A stretch of 61,797 nt of DNA from Christensenella sp. UBA1750 (GTDB lineage: Bacteria > Bacillota > Clostridia > Christensenellales > UBA1750), in NCBI GenBank assembly GCA_002315655.1, contig DCHO01000049.1, positions 1-61,797 of the forward strand. The letters are read 5' to 3'. Each line of letters opens with the position of its first letter. The stretch's first letter is position 1. The notes beneath the pieces are model-generated. The model searched no databases, was not told the origin of the DNA, and saw only the letters and a list, made by a program, of their open reading frames with translations. Made by a program: the position numbers and the translations under genes. This document shows positions 18,413 to 27,823 of the stretch, piece by piece.

Positions 18413-19049
18413 AACCGCACAGCAGATGATGGACGAGATTGAACGCATCGGCTTTTTGCCCTACTGCGGCAGCAAAAAGGGGCTGCTGTTCACGCTGGAA
18501 AAGCGCACGCAGAACCCGTGGTTCACGGGAAGGGACAATGACCCGTGGGAGTGGCGGCACGTTGCCGCGCAGAGCGAAAAGGCCGCTTACGGCAAGTTCT
18601 TCTTGGGTTCCACAGGCTTTGTCGCAAAGGAGAACATTCCCGCGTTTATCGCCCTTCGTAGGCATAACAAAAGCGCCCGGGAGCTCTTCTCAGAAGGGCT
18701 GCTCTCTCGTCGCGCAAAGACAATCTATGATTGCTTCGACCTGTTCCCTTTTCTGGATGCGGTGGAGCTCAAAGAGCGTTCGGGGCTGGAAAAGGGCGAC
18801 TTTGACGCGGGACTTACCGAATTGCAGATGCTCTTTCTGCTCTGCATCTCCGGCTACACCCGCAAAAAGAACAAAAAAGGCGAGCCTTACGGTTGGTCGA
18901 TCAACGAATATGCCCGCATGGAGACCGTTTTCGGGGATGAACGGATGGAGGAAGAGGAAGCCGTTTCCACCCTTCTTGCCTGCGGAAAAAGAGCGGGAGA
19001 GTTTACCGATAAGGAAATCATGAAGCTGGTAAAAACAGGCAGCGTTTAG
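18402..19049 (+). CDS. Conserved hypothetical protein, possibly AlkZ-related winged-helix family
   Basis: GFLP, DPWEWR, AYGKFF...GFV pattern recalled from this family; overlaps the upstream stop; family name from memory only. Confidence 0.5.
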   Translation: MWIETAQQMMDEIERIGFLPYCGSKKGLLFTLEKRTQNPWFTGRDNDPWEWRHVAAQSEKAAYGKFFLGSTGFVAKENIPAFIALRRHNKSARELFSEGLLSRRAKTIYDCFDLFPFLDAVELKERSGLEKGDFDAGLTELQMLFLLCISGYTRKKNKKGEPYGWSINEYARMETVFGDERMEEEEAVSTLLACGKRAGEFTDKEIMKLVKTGSV

Positions 19050-19127
19050 GCCGAAAAAACTCTTTTCAAAAAGGGATGTACTGTGTTATACTAAACTGTA
19101 AATTTTTCTTCTGCGAGGGGATTTTCC

Positions 19128-19493
19128 ATGAAAGACGTCGTGACGCTCATCGTTCCTGCCAAAGAGAAAGAGCTGCCCGTGGTGCGGCTTACCACAGCGG
19201 GCATTGCCTCCCGGTTCAAAATGGATTGGGAGACCATGGAGGATGTGAAAACGGCGGTCTATGAGGCCTGCTACGCCATGACGATGCAGAAATGGAAGCC
19301 GGAAGAAATCCGCATCGACTTTTCGCTTGATGGAGCTTTTTCCGCGACCTTGACCTGCATGGGCGAAAAAACAGAGACCTTAGGAAGAGTCCCCGAGCTC
19401 AAACTGTGCAAAGCTGTGCTGGAAGCGATGATACCGTTCGTTCAGATCGAGCTTGAAGGCGATTGCATCACCTCCATCCGCCTTTCCCGCTGA
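19128..19493 (+). CDS. RsbW-like anti-sigma factor (degenerate GHKL fold)
   Basis: VPAK...VRLTTAGIASR...EDVKTAVYEAC resembles the RsbW N-terminus; directly upstream of a SigB-like gene. Confidence 0.75.
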   Translation: MKDVVTLIVPAKEKELPVVRLTTAGIASRFKMDWETMEDVKTAVYEACYAMTMQKWKPEEIRIDFSLDGAFSATLTCMGEKTETLGRVPELKLCKAVLEAMIPFVQIELEGDCITSIRLSR

Positions 19494-19510
19494 CGCATGG
19501 AGGCGGTAAG

Positions 19511-20239
19511 ATGGAACAGGAACAAAGACAAAGACTGATGGAGCGGTACTGCGCAAGCCGAAGTATTGAGTTGCGAAATGAGCTTGTGACCGCTTATCTG
19601 TATCTGGCGGAAGGGATTGCCAGACGATATGCCGGGCGCGGCATCGAATATGAGGACTTGAAGCAGATCGCCTCCGTGGCACTGATCGGCGCGGTGGAGC
19701 GGTTTGATTGCAGCAAAGGCATTCGCTTTGAGACCTACGCTGTGCCTACGCTTTCCGGCGTTGTGAAGAACTATTTCCGGGATCGCTCCCGGGTCATCAA
19801 GCTTCCCCGCGGCATCGGGGAAAATGTGCAGCGCATCACGCTTGCCGGAGAAAAGCTCTACCAGACCTTAGGGCGTGTGCCAACGGTGCAGGAGATCGCT
19901 TCTTCCGCAGGACTTTCCGAGGAAGCCGTCTTGGAGGCCATGGAAGCCACCCAGAGCGTTTCCGTGTCCTCGCTGGATGCGGAAATGGGGGAGGACGAGA
20001 CCCCGCTGATCGAGCTGCTGCGAGGCGAGGACGGTGCCTTTGAACAGGTGGAAGTTCGTGATCTGCTTGCCAACGTGCTGGAAAAGTGCTCCGATACCGA
20101 AAAGCAGATTTTGGAAATGCGGTATCAGGAGGAACTGAGCCAGCGAGAAACCGCCAAACGACTGGGCGTTTCCCAGATGTATATTTCCCGCGTGGAACGA
20201 AAACTGCTTACCCGATTCCGGGAAGCGTTCATGGCATAA
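19511..20239 (+). CDS. SigB/SigF/SigG family RNA polymerase sigma factor (SigB-like)
   Basis: EDLKQIA..ALIGAVERFD, FETYAVPT, YFRD..RVIKLPR, LSQRETAKRLGVSQMYISR. Confidence 0.88.
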   Translation: MEQEQRQRLMERYCASRSIELRNELVTAYLYLAEGIARRYAGRGIEYEDLKQIASVALIGAVERFDCSKGIRFETYAVPTLSGVVKNYFRDRSRVIKLPRGIGENVQRITLAGEKLYQTLGRVPTVQEIASSAGLSEEAVLEAMEATQSVSVSSLDAEMGEDETPLIELLRGEDGAFEQVEVRDLLANVLEKCSDTEKQILEMRYQEELSQRETAKRLGVSQMYISRVERKLLTRFREAFMA

Positions 20240-20266
20240 AAATACAAGCAAAAGGAGGGAAGAAAA

Positions 20267-21700
20267 GTGTCCAACCGTTACGGAAACAGGCCGACCTATA
20301 CAAATCTGCAGAACAGAACCAACCAGACGCGCACCGTTTCTTCCGCTCCGAGACAGCAATCCCAGGGGCAGAGAGCTTCTTCCCCCTATGCAAGAAATCC
20401 GCAGAGTGCCCCATATAGCACCCGACAAAGTGTTCCCATGCAGCGCCCGGTGCAGAGAACGCAAGTGCCTGAACCGAAGAAAAAGATCAGCATCAAGGAT
20501 TTTTTGAGTTCCAGAAACATCCGCATCAAACCCCGCTTTTTCGTTTTCCTTGCGGTGGCGTTGCTTCTCATCATCGGCTGCGTTACCGGCATGAAGCTGC
20601 TGATCAAATCCCTTTTTAAGTCCGAGGTTGAGATCACCTACGGGCGTATCGAGGATGTGACGCAGGTGGAAGCGCTGCTCATCCGCGAGGAAGAATGTGT
20701 CCGTGCGGAGGGCTACGGCAGTATTTCCTATCTCATTGACGACTTATCCTATGTGGAGGCCGGAACGCCCGTCGTCAATGTCTTCGCCTCCGGCTATTCC
20801 GAGGACAAGGAAAAGGAACTGGCCAAAGTGGAGGAGGACATCGCCGCCCGCCAGAACGATCAGGTGCTTGGCACCATCGTCAATGTCACTCTGTCCGACT
20901 TTGACACCCGTATCAAGGAAATCACCGAAAATCTGCGCGCCGCCATTGAGGACAACAGCACGAACAAGAACGATTACTATGAGCAGCTGGTCGATTTGCA
21001 GAAAAACCGCCAGAGCTATATCGAGACCATCGCGGAGGCCAAAGCGGACTCCCTGCTCAACGATTATTACTCCAACAAGACCCAGCTTACCACCCAGATC
21101 GAAACGTGGATTACGAGCTTTGCGACCCAGCAGAGCGGTCTCATCAGTTTTTCCTTTGACGGCTTTGAACCGTATCTGAGCCCCGCAACGTTGGATCAGC
21201 TCGATGTGCTTTCGGTCTCCACCCTGCTTTCCGAAAACAACCCGACGGTGCCGGAGGAGATCCGCTCCCGTCAGAACCTGTATCGGCTGGTGCAGCCAAA
21301 TTCCCTGTACTGCGCCTTTGTGGTCAAAGCTTCATCGTGGAAGATCGGCCTCAACGAATCCTGCGCGATCTATTTCGAGGGCTTTGAGGACATCACCTAC
21401 AACGCAACCGTACATACATTGAGCGGAGACAAGAACGATCTGCTGGTTGTATTGGAAATTAATGAAGACATTTCCCCGCTCATCAATGCAAGAAAATGCA
21501 AGGCCGTCATCGGCGGCAGAGTGGAGGGCATGATGGTGCCGCTTTCTGCGCTCAAGACCGAAGGCGGGCAGCAGGGCGTTTACCGCGCCGACACCAACGC
21601 CTTTGTTCCCGTCCGGGTGGTGGGGCAGGATACCCGCCACGCCCTTGTGATGCCCGTCGAGGAAGGTGCGCTGACCGGCGGAACCAGGATCATCAAGTAA
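20267..21700 (+). CDS. HlyD-like membrane fusion protein (conserved upstream of yggS in Clostridia)
   Basis: Single TM, ALLIREE, barrel-sandwich-like GLISFSFDGFE, GMMVPLSAL. Confidence 0.65.
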   Translation: MSNRYGNRPTYTNLQNRTNQTRTVSSAPRQQSQGQRASSPYARNPQSAPYSTRQSVPMQRPVQRTQVPEPKKKISIKDFLSSRNIRIKPRFFVFLAVALLLIIGCVTGMKLLIKSLFKSEVEITYGRIEDVTQVEALLIREEECVRAEGYGSISYLIDDLSYVEAGTPVVNVFASGYSEDKEKELAKVEEDIAARQNDQVLGTIVNVTLSDFDTRIKEITENLRAAIEDNSTNKNDYYEQLVDLQKNRQSYIETIAEAKADSLLNDYYSNKTQLTTQIETWITSFATQQSGLISFSFDGFEPYLSPATLDQLDVLSVSTLLSENNPTVPEEIRSRQNLYRLVQPNSLYCAFVVKASSWKIGLNESCAIYFEGFEDITYNATVHTLSGDKNDLLVVLEINEDISPLINARKCKAVIGGRVEGMMVPLSALKTEGGQQGVYRADTNAFVPVRVVGQDTRHALVMPVEEGALTGGTRIIK

Positions 21701-21728
21701 TTCATTTTCGTATAAGAAGGCGTGAAAA

Positions 21729-22430
21729 ATGACAGAGGAAGAAAAAATATTCTGCGATCATGTGCAAAAGGTTCGGGAAAAGCTGGACAGAGCGGCGGGC
21801 GGCAGAGCCTACACATTACTGGCTGCCACCAAGACCCAGAGCGCAGAGCGCATAAACCGGCTCCCTTCCTGCGGGATTTTCGACTACGGAGAGAACCGCG
21901 TCCAGGAATGGATGGAAAAACAGGATAAAATTGTCGAAAATTTGCGTTATCACCAGATTGGACGGTTGCAAAACAACAAAATAATGTATATAATAAATAA
22001 AGTTTATCTGATTCATTCGGTGGACAACCTTGAACAGGCGAAAATGATTGACCGTCTGGCTGCAAAGTGCGGGCGTGTTGTCGATTGCCTTCTTCAGATC
22101 AACCCTGCCGGAGAAGAGCAGAAGGGCGGCGTGTCGGTTCCCGATCTGCCGTATCTCTATGACGCTTGCAGGGAACTGCCGAATGTTCGGGTGACAGGAC
22201 TGATGTGCATGGCTCCGAACAGTCCCGATGAGCGCGTGGTCAGAGGCACCTTTGCCAGTGCCAGAGCGTGCTTTGAGCGACTGCAAGAGCAGGATAGCAA
22301 TATATCGGTTCTGTCCATGGGAATGAGTCAGGACGCGGAATATGCGTTACAGGAAGGATCAACGCTGGTGAGGATCGGCACATCGCTGTTCGGTGCCCGC
22401 GCTTATCCGCAAGAGATGACAACAAAATAA
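21729..22430 (+). CDS. yggS: PLP homeostasis protein YggS/YlmE
   Basis: LAATKT, YGENRVQE, IGRLQNNK, GLMCM, LSMGMS.D, VRIGTSLFG. Confidence 0.92.
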   Translation: MTEEEKIFCDHVQKVREKLDRAAGGRAYTLLAATKTQSAERINRLPSCGIFDYGENRVQEWMEKQDKIVENLRYHQIGRLQNNKIMYIINKVYLIHSVDNLEQAKMIDRLAAKCGRVVDCLLQINPAGEEQKGGVSVPDLPYLYDACRELPNVRVTGLMCMAPNSPDERVVRGTFASARACFERLQEQDSNISVLSMGMSQDAEYALQEGSTLVRIGTSLFGARAYPQEMTTK

Positions 22431-22450
22431 CAGAATAAGGAGTGAGCCAC

Positions 22451-23026
22451 TTGGCCAACAAAAAGGCATCCAAGTTTCTGAATTTCATAGGTTTCGGTTC
22501 GGCGGAAGACGGTATCGAATCCGAAGACACATACAACGAGGAGGAAATCCCCATGGCTAACAACAACCGCAGAGAGAGCAGCTACTCTTCTCCCAGAGGC
22601 TATTCCCGCCAGGATGACTACGGCTACGAGGAGCCGAACAACTTCGACGGTGGCTATGATAACGGCTACGAGCCCTCTTATCAGGAACCCCAGAACACCA
22701 CCTACGGTTCTTCAAAGATCGTGAACCATCCCTCCGTCTCTGCCCGTCATCGCACCATGATCTATCAGCTCAACACTTATGAGGATTCCAAGGATGTCAT
22801 CGACGACCTGCTGGAAGGCCATACCGTGTTGATCAATCTGGAAAATCTCGATCTGCCTGAGGCACAGCGCATCATTGACACCTTGATCGGCGCCTGCTAT
22901 GCCATCAATGCCACCATCAAGAAGGCTGCCCAGCAGACCTACCTGCTGGCTCCCGAGACCGTCGAAGTGGCTGGCACTTATGCGGATGATCCCTCCGGCA
23001 GCATCATCGGGGAATCCCACCGCTAA
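22451..23026 (+). CDS. sepF: Cell division protein SepF
   Basis: VLINLE...AQRIIDTLIGACYAINA...YLLAP; TTG start after AAGGAG (GTG 22442 is an alternative). Confidence 0.88.
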   Translation: MANKKASKFLNFIGFGSAEDGIESEDTYNEEEIPMANNNRRESSYSSPRGYSRQDDYGYEEPNNFDGGYDNGYEPSYQEPQNTTYGSSKIVNHPSVSARHRTMIYQLNTYEDSKDVIDDLLEGHTVLINLENLDLPEAQRIIDTLIGACYAINATIKKAAQQTYLLAPETVEVAGTYADDPSGSIIGESHR

Positions 23027-23041
23027 TCAGGAGCTTTATTT

Positions 23042-23329
23042 GTGATACCACGCATCGTAAGTCAGATCCTTTTGGGATTGTATTATGCCTTGCAGGTGTG
23101 TTCCTGGGCGATTGTGCTCCGCGCTATTCTGTCGTGGTTCCTGCGCCCCGATACCCCTGTCTACTCTTTTTTGCTTAAAATCACAGAGCCGCTGATCGCG
23201 CCCTTTCGTCCGCTGGCCTATAAACTGACCAACGGGCGATTGCCCATTGATTTGGCTCCGCTGTTTACTTATTTCGCCATCATGATCCTGCAGCGTGTGG
23301 TTCTCATGGTGCGCTCCTTCCTGTTATGA
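23042..23329 (+). CDS. YggT/YlmG family membrane protein
   Basis: RAILSW, ITEPLIAPFR, IDLAPL. Confidence 0.88.
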   Translation: MIPRIVSQILLGLYYALQVCSWAIVLRAILSWFLRPDTPVYSFLLKITEPLIAPFRPLAYKLTNGRLPIDLAPLFTYFAIMILQRVVLMVRSFLL

Positions 23330-24075
23330 ACGAGCAGGAGCGAAAAACCGAGGAAGCGCGCTTTGCAGACCTCATAAAAAAGGCGGAGCGAAGCGGGCGA
23401 CCTGCGTTTACGGACTTTCTCGATCCCGATGCGCAGCGGCGTTTTGCCGGATTGGCTGCCAGAGCCGGCCTTGAAACACAGGCTTTCGGCGGCAGCGACA
23501 CATACGAGCGTGCGGTGATGGGAGCTTTCCTTCCGGGATGTCTGGAAGACGAAGACCCGATTGTGAAAGTCAGGCTCTCCTGGGACGGACGGTATGCAAC
23601 CGTTACCCACCGGGATGTGCTGGGCGCGTATCTTGGGCAGGGCTTTGACCGCTCTACCCTTGGCGACATTCGCGTCAAGGACGACAGCGCCTATCTGGTT
23701 CTGCTTCCTGCCATGGCTTCCTACACCTTATCCAACCTGACCTCCATCGGGAGAGCCACGGTTCGGGCGGAGGAATACTACGGTGATCTGCCGGATGTCG
23801 AGGTGGGAAAGAAATCGGTTGTCAACATTTCGTCTCTGCGATTGGACGCTGTTTTAGCACAAACGCTGCATCTGTCCCGGGCAAAGGCGCAGGAGGTTGT
23901 TAAAAGCGGCCTTGTGCGGCTCAACTGGGCGGAGAACGACCATACCGATGCACAGATCGGGAGCGGAGATATGATCTCCGTGCGCGGTCACGGACGCATC
24001 AAAATTCACGAGATTCAAGGGGAAAGCCGCAAGGGTCGGCTTTTCATAGAGGTGGAGACTTTTCTTAGGCCATAG
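23326..24075 (+). CDS. YlmH/Sll1252 family S4 RNA-binding protein
   Basis: FTDFLDP, THRDVLGA, SSLRLDAV, GDMISVRGHGR. Confidence 0.88.
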   Translation: MNEQERKTEEARFADLIKKAERSGRPAFTDFLDPDAQRRFAGLAARAGLETQAFGGSDTYERAVMGAFLPGCLEDEDPIVKVRLSWDGRYATVTHRDVLGAYLGQGFDRSTLGDIRVKDDSAYLVLLPAMASYTLSNLTSIGRATVRAEEYYGDLPDVEVGKKSVVNISSLRLDAVLAQTLHLSRAKAQEVVKSGLVRLNWAENDHTDAQIGSGDMISVRGHGRIKIHEIQGESRKGRLFIEVETFLRP

Positions 24076-24097
24076 TCATAAAAAGGATGGTGTGCGG

Positions 24098-24688
24098 ATG
24101 ATTACCTCAGATCAGATACACGAAAAGCAATTCTCCTATAAAATGCGCGGTTACAACGAAGCCGAGGTGGATGAATATCTCGATTCGCTGGCGTCTTATA
24201 TTGACACGCTTTCCAAGGAAAACAGAGAGCTGAAGGAACGGCTGAAAAGCACCACCGACCAGCTGACCTATATGAAAAATCTGGAAACCACGCTGCGGGA
24301 TACGCTGGTGACCGCCCAGCGCAGCGCGGAAGAAACGCTCCAGAACGCTAACCAGAAGGCTGACGACATCGTGGCCAACGCCAATGCGGAGGGCGAGAAC
24401 ATTATCAAGGCTGCCAACCGCGAGGCCGACGGCGTGCGCCGTCAGATCGCTTCCCTGCAGCAGCAGGCCAGCGTCTATCGGCAGAACTTCACGATGCTGC
24501 TCAATTCCCAGATGCAGATTTTGGAGGATTCGGGTATCGGCAAGACCAAGCCCGGAGACTCTGTAGCTTCTTCTCCCCGGAGCAGTATGCAGCGCATCAC
24601 CTTAACGGAAACAGAAAGTGACACTCGCGTGATCAAACCCACACCCAGAAAGATCGTCCCGATTCCCACGGACGATGAGGAGGAATAA
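24098..24688 (+). CDS. divIVA: DivIVA domain protein
   Basis: MITSDQIHEKQF..MRGYNEAEVDEYLD; coiled coil; operon context. Confidence 0.85.
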   Translation: MITSDQIHEKQFSYKMRGYNEAEVDEYLDSLASYIDTLSKENRELKERLKSTTDQLTYMKNLETTLRDTLVTAQRSAEETLQNANQKADDIVANANAEGENIIKAANREADGVRRQIASLQQQASVYRQNFTMLLNSQMQILEDSGIGKTKPGDSVASSPRSSMQRITLTETESDTRVIKPTPRKIVPIPTDDEEE

Positions 24689-24692
24689 TGTC

Positions 24693-25211
24693 ATGTCCCT
24701 GCTCTATATCGCCATCGTCCTTGTCGGCTTCCTTGGCGACCGCCTTGTGAAGGATTGGGCGGCGGGGACACTGGTGACGGAGCACGGCGGTTCCATGCCG
24801 CTGATTTCCGATGTTTTCCAATTCACCTATTGCGAGAATCAGGGCATGGCCTTTTCCATGCTGGACGGAAAGACCTGGTTGCTGATCGCAACCACCGGTG
24901 TCATCTGTTTAGTCGGGATTTATTTCCTGTTCCTGCACAAAAAGGTGCTCCCGCCGATGCCCTCCGTATGCCTTGCAATGGCACTGTCAGGGGCGCTGGG
25001 GAACCTTTACGACCGCATCATTCTTCATTATGTAGTGGATATGCTCGATTTCTGCCTCATCAATTTTGCCATTTTCAATGTGGCGGATTGCCTGATCTGC
25101 ATCGGCATCATCGGGTTCGGAATTTGGTATGTATTTTATGAGGAAAAGCACAAGGGCAAGCTGAAAGACAGATGGACAGGGAAGAACAAAAAGCTTCCGG
25201 AGGAACCGTAA
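24693..25211 (+). CDS. lspA: Lipoprotein signal peptidase II
   Basis: ENQGMAFS, GALGNLYDR, VVDML, FAIFNVAD. Confidence 0.92.
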   Translation: MSLLYIAIVLVGFLGDRLVKDWAAGTLVTEHGGSMPLISDVFQFTYCENQGMAFSMLDGKTWLLIATTGVICLVGIYFLFLHKKVLPPMPSVCLAMALSGALGNLYDRIILHYVVDMLDFCLINFAIFNVADCLICIGIIGFGIWYVFYEEKHKGKLKDRWTGKNKKLPEEP

Positions 25212-25217
25212 TTTTAT

Positions 25218-26117
25218 ATGCAATGGACAGTAACCAATGAAAATGAAGGCATCCGCTTGGATGCTTTTTTGGTATCGCAAAGCGGCGAGACCCGCAATCG
25301 GATTTTGAAGCTCATTGACGAGGGGAACGTGCTGCACAACGGCGCAGTGCCCAAAAAAGGCGGCGTGAAAATCACCGCGGGGGATGAAGTGGAGCTTAAC
25401 CTCCCTGAGCCCGAGCCACTGGAAGCGCTGCCGGTTCAGATGGACATTCCCATCGTCTATGAGGATGAGGACATTGTGGTGGTGAACAAGCCCCGCAATC
25501 TGGTGGTGCATCCTGCGGCGGGGCATCAGCAGGACACGCTGGTCAATGCCCTGCTGTTCGCCTGTGACGACTTATCCGGCATCGGCGGCAAGGTGCGCCC
25601 CGGCATTGTGCACAGGCTGGACAAGGACACCACGGGGCTTCTTGTGGTTGCCAAGAACGACGCCGCCCATGTGAACCTCTCCCAGCAGATTTCCGTCCAT
25701 TCCGCCGGGCGCGTCTATTGGGCGTTGGTGGAGGGGCATTTCAGGGAGGATTCCGGCACCATTTCCGCGCCCATAGGCCGCCACCCGAAGGACAGAAAAA
25801 AGATGGCGGTTGTGCCGAACGGCAAGGAGGCCACGACAAACTGGCGCGTGGTGGAGCGCTTCGCCAAGACCACGCTGGTGGAGTGCCGCTTGGTCACGGG
25901 CAGAACCCACCAGATTCGCGTGCATATGCTCTCCAAGGGGCATCCTGTTTGCGGCGACCCCATCTATGGCTACGCAAAGTCCAACGCCGGGAAATGCCCG
26001 CTCATGCTTCATGCGAAGGAACTGCACATTGACCACCCGCGCACCGGGGAGGCCATGTACTTTACAACCGAGCTGCCGGAGGACTTTAAGGAAGTTCTGG
26101 AAAGACAGCCAAAGTAA
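25218..26117 (+). CDS. rluD: RluA/RluD family pseudouridine synthase with S4 domain
   Basis: VVNKPRNLVVHP, RPGIVHRLDKDTTG, TGRTHQIRVH; follows lspA. Confidence 0.88.
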   Translation: MQWTVTNENEGIRLDAFLVSQSGETRNRILKLIDEGNVLHNGAVPKKGGVKITAGDEVELNLPEPEPLEALPVQMDIPIVYEDEDIVVVNKPRNLVVHPAAGHQQDTLVNALLFACDDLSGIGGKVRPGIVHRLDKDTTGLLVVAKNDAAHVNLSQQISVHSAGRVYWALVEGHFREDSGTISAPIGRHPKDRKKMAVVPNGKEATTNWRVVERFAKTTLVECRLVTGRTHQIRVHMLSKGHPVCGDPIYGYAKSNAGKCPLMLHAKELHIDHPRTGEAMYFTTELPEDFKEVLERQPK

Positions 26118-26210
26118 AGAAATGATGAAAAGGGGAACATAGAATCCCCTGTCTCGTTTATTTTTATGAACGACCCAAGATAAGGTCGTATCATAAGGAG
26201 GAATAAATTT

Positions 26211-26453
26211 ATGTACGGTCACATGGGTGGCCACGGTTTCCATGGGCACGGCCCCGGCAGACCCGGTATGGGTTTCCCCGGCGGGCACGGTATGCCCCCG
26301 CCCCCGATGGGCGGCTTCTTCGGCAGAGGCTTCGGACGCGGCTGGCGCAGACCCTATCGCCCCGGCGGCTGCGGCTGTATGGGGTGCTTAACAATGCTGG
26401 TGATCCCTGCTTTGCTCATCGGCTTTGTCCTGTCGCTGCTCTTTCTGTTCTGA
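26211..26453 (+). CDS. Small Gly/His/Pro-rich membrane-anchored protein
   Basis: AAGGAGG RBS; 80 aa with GCGCMGC then a hydrophobic C-terminal helix. Confidence 0.7.
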   Translation: MYGHMGGHGFHGHGPGRPGMGFPGGHGMPPPPMGGFFGRGFGRGWRRPYRPGGCGCMGCLTMLVIPALLIGFVLSLLFLF

Positions 26454-26573
26454 AGGTAAAGCAGTGCTGTTCATGGCACACGATCATCTCGCGATTGGGG
26501 AAAAGCTTTCTTTGCGGAACAGTTTATGGTAACGAAATTAAAATGGATTGATGATAATCAGGAGAATAAACGG

Positions 26574-27116
26574 ATGCAGTACGCCATCGAGCTCTACTTT
26601 GATAAGGAAACCGAGAACAAACTTTGGGAGATTCCCAATGCCATTAAGGAAGCCGGGTTTTCCACAAAATATCACGAATGGGGAACCCGTCCGCACATCA
26701 CTTTGGCGTGCTTTTCCGATGTGGACGAGAAGGATGCCGCACAGCGTCTATATGCCTTTGCCGAGCAGCAGAGCGTGATGCCCGCCTACTTGGGCTCGCT
26801 TGCCATGTTCACCGACACCAAGGTCATTTTCGCCGCGCCTGTCATGCGGGAGGAAATGTACGCCATGCAAAAGGGACTGCACAACGCCATGGAGGGCTTT
26901 GACACAAAGGGCTGGGAATGGTATCTGCCCGGGCGTTGGGTGCCGCACTGCGCCCTTGCGCTGATGAGCGAGGATGCGGAGGAAAACTATTTCAAGGCCT
27001 GTAATCTTGCCCTGCGCAGGTTCCGAAAGCTTGCGGGAAAGTTCACCTCCATAGGATTGGTGAAGATTTCCTTCCCGGTTCAGGAGCTTTGTACCTTTGA
27101 ACTCAAAGAGAAGTAA
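26574..27116 (+). CDS. 2H phosphoesterase (2'-5' RNA ligase superfamily) protein
   Basis: PHITL and WVPHCAL HxT/S-type motifs; AGGAGA RBS. Confidence 0.8.
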   Translation: MQYAIELYFDKETENKLWEIPNAIKEAGFSTKYHEWGTRPHITLACFSDVDEKDAAQRLYAFAEQQSVMPAYLGSLAMFTDTKVIFAAPVMREEMYAMQKGLHNAMEGFDTKGWEWYLPGRWVPHCALALMSEDAEENYFKACNLALRRFRKLAGKFTSIGLVKISFPVQELCTFELKEK

Positions 27117-27265
27117 CAGAAGGTAACTATGCCCTTCTCCGAAAAATTCAGAGAAACATGAAATCCTGCCGGACAGAAAGCCGGAACGTATCGAAATCGT
27201 ATCTTCCCTGTATGACGACCCGACCATGCCCTGCGTTTTTCGCTTTCGTTTTCTATAAAACAGTT

Positions 27266-27302
27266 CATCCCCGAGAATTGCTTGAAAGGATTCTCGGGGA
27301 TG
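27266..27302. terminator. Hairpin between convergent genes (probable terminator)
   Basis: CATCCCCGAGAAT...ATTCTCGGGGATG. Confidence 0.65.
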
Positions 27303-27310
27303 ATTTTGAT

Positions 27311-27820
27311 TTATTGGATTGTATAAAGGGTTTCCTGATAGTCGCTCTCGATGAGGATAACGTCCTTCCCGAAATCCTCCACCATTCTGTGATTCTCGCG
27401 TTTGAGCAGTTCCGGGGTCACATAGGTGTCGTCCAGCCGCTTCTCCACGTCGTTGGCGTGGGCGGTGATGACGGAGAAGTTTTCGTCAATGTAACCATCG
27501 GACAGCGCCAGGCAGATGAGACGGATGTGGGGAAGATACTGCTTCTCAAAATCCTGCCGCCAGTTTGCGGGGATGTAGCAGCCCTCCACAATGAGGTTCT
27601 GCCCGTTCTCGATGGCGGTCTTCACCATCTCCCGAACGATCGGCCAAAGATAGCCCGTGAGTTTGTCCTCATCGTTTACGGTAAGGGTGGTGTTTCCGCT
27701 GCGGATGAGCCCCATTTTTAAGTGGTCAATGGAAAGATAGGGGATGCGGTGCCGCTCCAGCAGCCGTTGTGCCAGCACGGTTTTGCCGGTGTGCGTGGCT
27801 CCTGTGATGAAAATAATCAT
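27311..27820 (-). CDS. P-loop kinase (adenylate/2-phosphoglycerate kinase-like)
   Basis: ITGATHTGKT, SIDHLKMGL, LIVEGCYIP. Confidence 0.75.
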   Translation of the reverse strand: MIIFITGATHTGKTVLAQRLLERHRIPYLSIDHLKMGLIRSGNTTLTVNDEDKLTGYLWPIVREMVKTAIENGQNLIVEGCYIPANWRQDFEKQYLPHIRLICLALSDGYIDENFSVITAHANDVEKRLDDTYVTPELLKRENHRMVEDFGKDVILIESDYQETLYTIQ

Positions 27821-27823
27821 TTC

